Source: a virus (taxonomy: Duplodnaviria > Caudoviricetes). From it: 63,077 bases of DNA. A model generated the notes under the pieces. It saw only the letters and a list, made by a program, of their open reading frames with translations. It searched no databases and was not told the origin of the DNA. The DNA lies in IMG/VR virus record IMGVR_UViG_3300044627_000701, positions 1-63,077 of that record; one strand, given 5' to 3'. The translations under genes and the position numbers were made by a program. Shown here piece by piece: positions 55,264 to 63,077 of the stretch; position 1 is the first letter of the stretch, and each line of letters begins with the position of its first letter.

Positions 55264-56979
55264 TTACGGACCACCAAATGTTCTGGAAAGAGCCGCCGCA
55301 CCCAGACCCCCACCGAGAACCTGCTGCGCCATACCCGGCTGCGGACCGTAGGTAATATTTGTCGTGTTCAGACCCACAGGCAAGCCGCGCAGCAGGTTGC
55401 TCATGTAACCCAGCTGCTCGATGGGATAGTCGCGCTGGCGCAGGAAGTCAGCATAATACTGATCCAACCGCTGCTGCTCCATTGACCGTGTCTGGCCGGC
55501 TGCCGCCGCCTGTGCCTGAAGCCGCTGGAGGTCCGTCTGCTGCTGATACTGACCAAGGTTACCAAGGGTCTGGGCCATCTGACCCGCCTGACCGAACCCT
55601 GCAAGCCGGTTCTGTGCACCAAACTGACGTGACTGCTCGCCAAGGCGCTGTGCTTCAAGAGCCGACGACTGGTTAGCCCGCATGGCTTCGAGACCTGATC
55701 CCACGCCCAGCTGCTGAGTAGCCAGTGCCGCTTGGAGGTTTTGCTGACTGGTCCCTGCCTGCGCCTGCTGGTTAGCCAGTGCAGCACGAAGTGCTTGGTC
55801 GGCGTTCATCCCAGTCATCTGGTTCTGCGCCGCGAGATTCTGCACGTTGGCTTGGCTGGCAGCGTCGAGGTTAGCCAGTGCCGCCTGCAAGCCCGTTTGA
55901 GTACCAAGCTGCTGAACACCCAAAGCCGCTTGCAGGTTTGCCTGCCCGCGAGTGAGGTCAGCCTGCTGGTTAGCCAGCGCAGCACGCATCGCCTGTTCAG
56001 CGTTAAGCCCCTGCGTCTGAAGCTGCGCCGCCATATTCTGGACACGTGACTGCTGGTCAGCCGACAGGTTAGCCAGTGCCGCTTCGAGACCGGTCTTGGT
56101 GCCAAGCTCCTGAACACCTAGAGCCGCTTGCAGGTTAGCCTGCTGCGCCGCCATCTGTGCTGCACGGTCGCGCTCGAACTGACCCTGTGAACTCTCGTAT
56201 GCCGCCTGAAGACCACGGGCCTCGATGTCACCCATCTGCTGGCCAAGAGCGCGCTCACGTTCCGTGGCAGCCAAGAGCTGACGAGCACCACCATAGGTAC
56301 CCTGCCGAGCGGCTCCAAGGTCTTGGGCAAGCTGCGCCTTGCGCGCATCGTTAGCCGCTTCGCGCTTCTGAACATCCAGCACGTTGCGGATGTACGGCGA
56401 CATATACTCTGAGGCTTGCGCCTGACCGAAGCGCTCCGGCCCCGCCATCTGGAAACGCTCAAGATTTGCTTGGAACTGCGTCTGGGCAGCGTTCATCTGC
56501 GGCGCGTTATACTGCTGGGCTATAACGTCACGCGCGCGGTCCATCTCAAAGCGTTCCAGCTCCGGGTTGAACTGCGTCTGCGCCGCTTGCATCTGGGCAG
56601 CGTTATACTCCCCCGGCGCAATCATACCGGGTTCTTGCGCCCGATACTGCTGGAGAGTGGGCATCCCAATCTGCTGCGCGGAGAACTGCGTGGGGTTATA
56701 GTCAGCTGCGCGTAGCGACCCCTGCCCAGCAGCGGCGGCAAGACCTGAAGCATCAGCAAACTGCCTAGGGGCAGTCATGGCAAGGGTGTTGGCCTGAATC
56801 TGCTGCTCAGCCGGCGTCATCTCAGCGATGCGCTGGAACTGGTAGTTTTGGTACGGACTGTTTGCCCACGCCTGCGTACGCTGCATGACGTTTTCGAAGT
56901 ACGGACGAGCGTACTCCGGTATAGTGTTCGTCGTTGTGTTGACAGTCTGGTTGGTGGGCGGCGTTGACGACTTACCCAT
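55264..56979 (-). CDS. Putative DNA pilot / ejection protein with Q/A repeats
   Basis: 571 aa; repeated AALANQQA / NLQAALGVQ units; C-terminal Gly-rich hydrophobic helix. Confidence 0.6.
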   Translation of the reverse strand: MGKSSTPPTNQTVNTTTNTIPEYARPYFENVMQRTQAWANSPYQNYQFQRIAEMTPAEQQIQANTLAMTAPRQFADASGLAAAAGQGSLRAADYNPTQFSAQQIGMPTLQQYRAQEPGMIAPGEYNAAQMQAAQTQFNPELERFEMDRARDVIAQQYNAPQMNAAQTQFQANLERFQMAGPERFGQAQASEYMSPYIRNVLDVQKREAANDARKAQLAQDLGAARQGTYGGARQLLAATERERALGQQMGDIEARGLQAAYESSQGQFERDRAAQMAAQQANLQAALGVQELGTKTGLEAALANLSADQQSRVQNMAAQLQTQGLNAEQAMRAALANQQADLTRGQANLQAALGVQQLGTQTGLQAALANLDAASQANVQNLAAQNQMTGMNADQALRAALANQQAQAGTSQQNLQAALATQQLGVGSGLEAMRANQSSALEAQRLGEQSRQFGAQNRLAGFGQAGQMAQTLGNLGQYQQQTDLQRLQAQAAAAGQTRSMEQQRLDQYYADFLRQRDYPIEQLGYMSNLLRGLPVGLNTTNITYGPQPGMAQQVLGGGLGAAALSRTFGGP

Positions 56980-57406
56980 GGTTTACTCCTGCCGGTAGCT
57001 GGAACGTCTGCCACAAGGCTTCGTATCCATCGTCTTTAAATACACGGGCCCAACCAAGGCGGGCGGTGGCTTCCAGACCCTCACAGTCGTTGTCAGCGGC
57101 GAACCGCTGCAAGATATCCAGCATCGGGGCTTTCCACGTGCTGAACTCGTCTCCGGTGACGATAGGGCACCCAAGGAACCGCTTCCTTGGGTACTGGAGG
57201 ATGTGGGAAATAACCGCGCCATTGATGTCGCCGTCTTCAAACGCAATCCACAGCTGATGCGTACCGGCCAGCAGCTCGTCCAAGGTATCTTCAGGTTCGT
57301 AGCGCCCATAGGTGTACGCAAGCGCGTCAGCAACGTAGCCAACCACAGCCGGCCACACGTTTAGAACGTGTTCCGTCGGCACTAAGCTGACATGAACTTC
57401 ACTCAC
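56972..57406 (-). CDS. Acetyltransferase-fold-like virion assembly protein
   Basis: 144 aa; QLW and AR.GW.R motifs; position among the ejection genes. Confidence 0.5.
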   Translation of the reverse strand: MSEVHVSLVPTEHVLNVWPAVVGYVADALAYTYGRYEPEDTLDELLAGTHQLWIAFEDGDINGAVISHILQYPRKRFLGCPIVTGDEFSTWKAPMLDILQRFAADNDCEGLEATARLGWARVFKDDGYEALWQTFQLPAGVNHG

Positions 57407-59751
57407 GCTAGGGCTCCAAGACCTTTAGCGACCTTGGTGTCTTGTCCACGCTTGGCCTTCTTACGAGCTTTATGCGCCTTTTCCATCAAACCGTAAAGCT
57501 TCTGGGTGCCTCTGCTGTGGCTGCCATTGCCGAGGCGGCTTACTGCTTGCGGGGAGAAAATCACCTCGTCCCGCGCCACGCGGGCTTCTTGGCGACCACC
57601 GATACGAGCAGGCACAGAATCGCTAACGCCGTCACCACCGCCGCGCACAGGGCGGCCACCCATAGCAATAAGACGCTCAATACCAGCGTTGCTGCTACCA
57701 TTACCCATCTCTGAAACCGTGCGCGCATCGACGACAAAAGCCCCGTTATCCATGTTCACTTCGCCGCCCTTGGCGTTGTAGTTGACTTCGTTCTGCATGT
57801 AGTAGCCACCGCCGCCACCGCCGCCGCCGTTGCCATTAAGCAGCTGGTTGAAGAACTCCGGCGAACCAATATTAAACGGGTTTATCGCGCCGGGAGCCAT
57901 GGGCAGCGGGTTTACAAAACCAAAGTCTATTTCGCCAGCACCGCCGGCAGGAGCAGCGCCACCAGTAGTCGCATTAGCCGCAGCCCTTGCGCGAGCCGCA
58001 GCGCGGATGCGCTCCGAAGGAGAGCCGCCTTCATAACCAGACGATGCCGTGATTGCACCGGGGCTAGTACCGTAGCGCGACGAGAGCTGCCCAAGTGCCG
58101 AGAACAAGTCCGCACCCATGGTGCTGGGCTGCGCAGCTGCTGTCGTGAAGTTTGCCGCGTTGGAGAACGTCGGGGTGTACGCGTCCTTAAGAGCTTCCAG
58201 ACCCGCGCCACTCTGGGTTGCGCCGGGAGAAAGAACGCGGTCGCTCAGCGTAGCGCCCGTACCAGTACCAGCGGTGACACCGCCCATGGTCGGGTTGATG
58301 TTGCCGATTGGACCCACGGTAGTAGACGTAATGTCGCCACCGGGCGCAGTCGTGGTAACGCCGCCACCGCCGCCGGGAGGAGGACCGCCACCGCCACCGC
58401 CGCCGGGAGGAGGACCGCCACCGCCACCGCCGCCGGGAGGAGGACCGCCACCGCCACCGCCGCCAGTAGAAGGGGGAGGGGAAGGAGGAGCGCTGGCGTT
58501 GCGCTGCCGCTGCGCGATGTCTTGGATTTGCTGATACAAACCCCGAAACTCTTTGTCTTCAGCCGAACCCGCAAACTTAGTGGGATCAGCTTGGTACATA
58601 CCCATTAGCTCGCCGTACCGCCGTGCAACGGCGGCGTCAGCGTCTCGTTGGTCAACTCCACCACCTTCAGCATAGCGGCGTTGGCCAGTGCTAGTCAGGA
58701 CACCCAGCGGGTTCACTTCGTCAAAGAACTGGATTTCACCGCCGGGGCCAGATTCACGGGGGTCAAAACGCCGGGTCGGGAAGCCGTAAGGACCTTCGTA
58801 CTTAAACTCGTATTCCTCTGGCTTGCGCATCGGTGGCTGCGAAGCTTCACTAAGCCCGCTGAGAACGCCATAACCCGCGAGATAAGGAGCGGCCTTGGCC
58901 GCCGTGCCGCCCAAACCAGCGGAAGCCGCCCGACCGAAGTTTTGACCAAAGCCAGCGAGACCAGTTTTTGCTGCGGCTGCGCCGGTGCCAAAACCCGAAA
59001 CCCCAAGGCCACCGGCAGGTGCCAACGAAGTGCCCAAAGTGCCAAGGCCGGTAGACATCGCTGGAGCGCCCGCAGAGGCCAGATTAGCCGCCGCACCGGA
59101 AATGCCCGGAGTACCCGTTAGACCCGCGCCGATGTTTGCAGCAGTGCCAGTCGCGCCGGGAAGGGCAGTACTCGCAGCAGCCTTAGCCGCAGCAGCCTTA
59201 GCCGCAGCAGCTGCACCGCCAGCAGCCGTAGGAGCGATAGCCCCACCAAGAGACGCGCCACCAAACGCTTGGAGGCCAGCCATGAGGCCCTTGTTGATGT
59301 CGCCAGTAAGCAGGGTCTGGCCGCCGCCTACGATACCCGCAGCTGCAAGAGGACCGATACCGGGGATAAACGTAAGGCCCAAGCCCAACAGGGTCGGGAG
59401 AAGTTTCTTCAGGAAGTTGGCTTCCGGTAGGCCAGTATCAGGATTGATGGTGAGTGAGCCGCCCATGGCCATGGCAAGACTTTGGAGACCGCCGACCTCA
59501 TCGGGGGTCATGTGGACCAGCATAGAGTCGCCATTGCGACCGTAGCTCTGCATCTGCTGTGCAGTCTGCTGCGGTGCGCTCTGGAGCTCAGAAGCCATCG
59601 GGTTATTAAACACAGACAGCCCCGACTGCATAGGCATGGAAGACGTAGTGCCGGGGATCGGCGTACCGAGGCGCGGCGCAGCAGCCATGTTTGAACCGCC
59701 CGCCGGAGTGTACGGGGCAGTGGTCTGCGGGGGGACTGTGAGTTCTTGCAT
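57403..59751 (-). CDS. Putative internal virion protein (Gly/Ala-rich)
   Basis: GRNGDS.LVHM, TINPDTGLPEA and GDGVSDSVPA...EV.FS motifs. Confidence 0.65.
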   Translation of the reverse strand: MQELTVPPQTTAPYTPAGGSNMAAAPRLGTPIPGTTSSMPMQSGLSVFNNPMASELQSAPQQTAQQMQSYGRNGDSMLVHMTPDEVGGLQSLAMAMGGSLTINPDTGLPEANFLKKLLPTLLGLGLTFIPGIGPLAAAGIVGGGQTLLTGDINKGLMAGLQAFGGASLGGAIAPTAAGGAAAAAKAAAAKAAASTALPGATGTAANIGAGLTGTPGISGAAANLASAGAPAMSTGLGTLGTSLAPAGGLGVSGFGTGAAAAKTGLAGFGQNFGRAASAGLGGTAAKAAPYLAGYGVLSGLSEASQPPMRKPEEYEFKYEGPYGFPTRRFDPRESGPGGEIQFFDEVNPLGVLTSTGQRRYAEGGGVDQRDADAAVARRYGELMGMYQADPTKFAGSAEDKEFRGLYQQIQDIAQRQRNASAPPSPPPSTGGGGGGGPPPGGGGGGGPPPGGGGGGGPPPGGGGGVTTTAPGGDITSTTVGPIGNINPTMGGVTAGTGTGATLSDRVLSPGATQSGAGLEALKDAYTPTFSNAANFTTAAAQPSTMGADLFSALGQLSSRYGTSPGAITASSGYEGGSPSERIRAAARARAAANATTGGAAPAGGAGEIDFGFVNPLPMAPGAINPFNIGSPEFFNQLLNGNGGGGGGGGYYMQNEVNYNAKGGEVNMDNGAFVVDARTVSEMGNGSSNAGIERLIAMGGRPVRGGGDGVSDSVPARIGGRQEARVARDEVIFSPQAVSRLGNGSHSRGTQKLYGLMEKAHKARKKAKRGQDTKVAKGLGALA
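58361..58464. repeat. Perfect 30-bp tandem repeat x3.5 encoding PPPGGGGGGG
   Basis: CCGCCACCGCCGCCGGGAGGAGGACCGCCA at 58361, 58391 and 58421, with a partial copy at 58451. Confidence 0.9.
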
Positions 59752-59791
59752 ATCGACGCCCTTAGCCTGTCACTACGCTTATATCTCTAAC

Positions 59792-60094
59792 CTAAACGGA
59801 AGTCACGGTCTGCCATGCAGACCCGCTATAAACGCATAATTTGCCCAACGTCGTATCGAACACGACCCACCCAGCCGCTGGGGAGAGCGCGTTTTTCTCG
59901 GTCGTGGTGACCTGCCTAGTAGCAGCGATACCATTAAAGGTGTCCGCCGTATACTTCTGGGCGTAGTTGGGTGTGTTGCTATCCAGCTGTGAGAAGTAGA
60001 CTTCGATGACGCGAATCACCTGCCGCAGGTACTGCGGGTCGTACTGCGCCGGGGGGTTGGGTAGAGGTGCCGCTCTGAACCTATCGAGTGCCAT
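59792..60094 (-). CDS. Small tail protein
   Basis: Likely ATG at 60094 (MALDRFRAAP); G.VVFDTT.KL.VY.G.AW motif. Confidence 0.6.
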   Translation of the reverse strand: MALDRFRAAPLPNPPAQYDPQYLRQVIRVIEVYFSQLDSNTPNYAQKYTADTFNGIAATRQVTTTEKNALSPAAGWVVFDTTLGKLCVYSGSAWQTVTSV

Positions 60095-61988
60095 CGGGCC
60101 GTCCATCAAGGCGAGGAGCGCCAAGCTGCCACTGAACCCCAAGCTGGTCTGACGTGACTTTCAACGCCATCTGGCGGGCACGTGCCCGGACGAAGACTTG
60201 GTCAGTGTAGACACCTACGGAGGTGTTGATGACGCGCTGTGAGTCAGCAGGGTCTACCCGTACTGCGCTACCGGGGAAGTTGCGCGGGCGCAGTTGCAGA
60301 GTGACTTCGGGGGTCGTAGCCGTGGAGCCTTCGAACCCGATATCAGGCAGGATACGTCGGGTCAGCATGAAACGGTCGCCATCGTCGAGGTCGAAGTCAC
60401 TCGACTGGATGTAGCTGGTCATAGCCACAGTGTCGTCGTTCACACCGTTCTCGTGCTCGTAGAGGAAGCCCGTGCTGCCGCCCCCGGCTGTGTTGGCTGC
60501 CTGCGGATAGAACCTGACCGCCGTGTCGAGCCACGCCGTGCGCTCTAGAGTGCCGTAGTACCAGATGCGTTCGAGGTGGTTATAGACCACATAGGCGTTG
60601 TTGTAGTCGGAGTCGGCGGTTGGGTAAAACCACCACACCTCGTTCCACTGCTCGTTGGTACCGCAGATAACCTGCTCAGCTTGGTTGAGGTTGAAGTTGT
60701 TGAAGACGTGGTTGCGTAGCGAGCATGGCAGCGTCTCGACGCGACCGGTGTAGGCATAGAACTTGTCTTGCCCCATCCAGTAGGTGACGTTGGCCGCCGA
60801 CGCCATGGCGCGGGACGACATGATGGAGATGTTATCTGCGTACTCCTGAACACCGAAGACGTCCGTCGTGCCGAGGAACTGGAGCGTATAGAGGTGCGAG
60901 TCGGTCCATACGAGGATTTCCTGCCGGGTCGGCAGAGCGCGCACGATCCTAGAACCACGGGAGAGCCGCAGAAAACCGGCGGAGTTAGTAACTGCGGGGG
61001 TCCAGTCACCCGGTGTATCTTGGTCAGCCCAACGGATAAGCAGGGGGTCAAAGTCCGCTTCGCTCGTGCTGCCGAACGGCACAGCGCCAAAGGCCAGCAG
61101 GTGCTTATCCTGCTGCGACACCAACAGCTGCATAATCTTAACGGGGACCGACGCTGCCGTATATCCTTCCGCAGTAGCGTAAGCCGACAGACTAATAGCC
61201 CGAGTAGCCAGTGCGGTCTGCGGATCAACGGTCGCACCGCGCGCCCACCAGTAACCTTCACCGTTGCGGATGTTCATGACAAGGTCGTTGTCGAAGTTAT
61301 CGAACCACCAGTCGCGCTGCGCCTGCACAATCGGCTGGTCAGCACCCAGACCCCACGCATTACGCCCCCACGTGCCGACGCCCCAACCGTAGCCGAAAGT
61401 AGCAATAGCGTTGCCCGGTGTAATCTGCATCTGCACGACGATAGCCGTGCCGCCCCCACCAGTCACGGTAGACGTAGCCGCCGTAGCCACCTCAATGGTG
61501 AACGAGAAGTTGCTTAGGGAAGACACAATCCTATGGTCCGCATTCAGTTCGGAAGCTGGGATACCGCCGACTGCGCCGGATACGCCGGAGATTTGAACGT
61601 ACGCGCCCTCGACGGCGTTGGTAGCGGTTACCGTTGTGATCGTGACCGTGCGCGACCCGTTGGTCGTGTAGACGCAGTTGTCCGAGTTTGTGGTACTGAT
61701 CGTAGCCCGAACCGGCGTGATGTCGAAGAAATAGCCGGATACCTCGATATAGACCTTCTCGTTGGTGCCAAGAGCAAGCAGGTCGTCCGAGAACGTAGTG
61801 ACCCAGTTCCACATCTGCCGGCAGGTGCCGATGAACGTACGAGGGGTAGCCTTGACCCAGCCACCAAGCTTCTCCGGGTAGCCAGAACGGAACCGGATTT
61901 TGTCGCACTCGTACCAGCCGCCCTCGTTGGAGTAGTCGGTCTGGTCGCGGTTCACACCGGGCTTAAACTGGAGCTTGATGAAGGGCAT
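60081..61988 (-). CDS. Tail tube/nozzle (stabilisation) protein
   Basis: 635-aa beta-rich protein with a LIRWADQ motif; podovirus tail position. Confidence 0.65.
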   Translation of the reverse strand: MPFIKLQFKPGVNRDQTDYSNEGGWYECDKIRFRSGYPEKLGGWVKATPRTFIGTCRQMWNWVTTFSDDLLALGTNEKVYIEVSGYFFDITPVRATISTTNSDNCVYTTNGSRTVTITTVTATNAVEGAYVQISGVSGAVGGIPASELNADHRIVSSLSNFSFTIEVATAATSTVTGGGGTAIVVQMQITPGNAIATFGYGWGVGTWGRNAWGLGADQPIVQAQRDWWFDNFDNDLVMNIRNGEGYWWARGATVDPQTALATRAISLSAYATAEGYTAASVPVKIMQLLVSQQDKHLLAFGAVPFGSTSEADFDPLLIRWADQDTPGDWTPAVTNSAGFLRLSRGSRIVRALPTRQEILVWTDSHLYTLQFLGTTDVFGVQEYADNISIMSSRAMASAANVTYWMGQDKFYAYTGRVETLPCSLRNHVFNNFNLNQAEQVICGTNEQWNEVWWFYPTADSDYNNAYVVYNHLERIWYYGTLERTAWLDTAVRFYPQAANTAGGGSTGFLYEHENGVNDDTVAMTSYIQSSDFDLDDGDRFMLTRRILPDIGFEGSTATTPEVTLQLRPRNFPGSAVRVDPADSQRVINTSVGVYTDQVFVRARARQMALKVTSDQLGVQWQLGAPRLDGRPDGTR

Positions 61989-61993
61989 ATGGT

Positions 61994-62665
61994 TTACCCT
62001 ATGTAAGTGATCGTGAGTGAGCCACCCGAGGGGATGACGAAAGAGTAGGACACACCGGGGGTGACGGCTACACCGGTAAAGGTTGTTGTCACAGGAGCAA
62101 CAGCGGTGCGAAGTGGCACACTGCCCCCAAGCGTACCGCCGGGGAAAGTTTTACCTACTGCGGTAGTAGCAGGCCCGTTGGAACCAAACGAGTAGGTATC
62201 TACTTCTAATACCCACGCGGCAGAGGCAGTGGGATATGTAATATTACCGCTGGTTAAAGCACCTCCAGTTGCGTACACGTTGTTATAAGTACCGTTAATC
62301 CATATATTTTCTGAGGTAAGGTTGTTCGACCATGTGTCTCCAAGACCCACAGTTACAAGTAGTTTAGGCAACAAAACTAACCGAACACCGCTACCCCCAG
62401 CAACAGTGGCGGCGGCTCCTGTCATGGTAGAGTATAGGTAGCTCCACTGCGCAAATGGAGGCTCAGGAAAAGTAGAAGCTGCCGAACCTACTGACGAAAA
62501 CGTTACACCAGCCCTAACAGGAGTATCGGGAGTAGCTGCCCCACCAAAACCACTCATGGTGCGCAGTACGCTTACACCCGCAGGTGCCACCCACGTCGTA
62601 TTAGACGTGAACGTCTCGGTAATTAGCTTGCCCCCACTGGCGCTTTTAGACGCGGCAGAGAACAT
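61994..62665 (-). CDS. Tail fibre-associated protein
   Basis: TFTSN.TWVAPAGV and VTPG.SY motifs flank a low-GC central part. Confidence 0.6.
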   Translation of the reverse strand: MFSAASKSASGGKLITETFTSNTTWVAPAGVSVLRTMSGFGGAATPDTPVRAGVTFSSVGSAASTFPEPPFAQWSYLYSTMTGAAATVAGGSGVRLVLLPKLLVTVGLGDTWSNNLTSENIWINGTYNNVYATGGALTSGNITYPTASAAWVLEVDTYSFGSNGPATTAVGKTFPGGTLGGSVPLRTAVAPVTTTFTGVAVTPGVSYSFVIPSGGSLTITYIG

Positions 62666-62950
62666 CAGAAGTTCTGCCCGAAGGTAGACCCGTAGGTGTT
62701 GGTTCCGTCTTGGAAGAAGGAGAAGATGTCAATCTTACCGTTGACGCTTGTAGCAATCGGGGCGACTCCAGCGTTCCACTTCAACGTGGAGCCGCCGGCC
62801 CATGTCAGGGTGTGAGCGCCGCCGTACTGCACTATGATGACGAACGACTTACCTGCGACCGAGGCAGGCAGCGTGATGGTGGTGTTGGCGTTGGTTGTGA
62901 ACCGCTGCACCGTGCCGTCAGATAGCGCAACCGTGAAGGAGGAACCAGCT
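62665..62950 (-). CDS. 3' part of the junction-spanning tail fibre-type protein
   Basis: In-frame continuation of the ORF starting at 491. Confidence 0.8.
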
Positions 62951-63077
62951 GCAGGCGCATAAAGCGTCTCGATGTAGTTGGTCACCGTGGGGTTGGTGAG
63001 TGCTTGGTTTGTGATCGAACTAGCTACCGTAAGCGACGTCAGGTGCGTAACCGCATCCACCACGTTAGTGGCGTTGT
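62951..63077. repeat. 127-bp terminal direct repeat (right copy)
   Basis: Identical to 1-127. Confidence 0.95.

Overview
This window is an apparently complete ~62,950-bp tailed dsDNA phage genome with podovirus-like gene content. It was assembled as a circle: bases 1-127 are identical to 62951-63077. It has two divergent arms. The minus-strand virion arm encodes TerS/TerL, portal, GroES, scaffold, major capsid, head-tail proteins, lysis genes, three 7-blade beta-propeller tail proteins, internal/ejected proteins and a 2751-aa polyvalent protein with GHKL-ATPase and HExxH motifs. The plus-strand early/replication arm (24.5-45.5 kb) encodes a MoxR-type AAA + vWA/metallopeptidase set, VRR-NUC, a family A DNA polymerase, a methyltransferase, a glycosyltransferase-like protein, an exonuclease, a SNF2 helicase, a possible SSB and a primase-helicase. 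I recognised no integrase, reverse transcriptase, tRNA or CRISPR array. The promoter pattern TTGACA-N14-TGCTACA suggests an alphaproteobacterial-type host (inference). The most striking unexplained feature is a predicted ~80-nt RNA at 45549-45629, where the two arms converge. Its hairpin loop region (GUUUGCUCCUUC) is the reverse complement of an extended ribosome-binding signature, (A)AGGAGCA(A/G)(A/G)C. That signature precedes about 15 early/replication genes, but none of the virion genes I checked carries it in full, which suggests a phage-encoded multi-target anti-Shine-Dalgarno sRNA regulon. All calls come from reading motifs by eye; no database searches were run.
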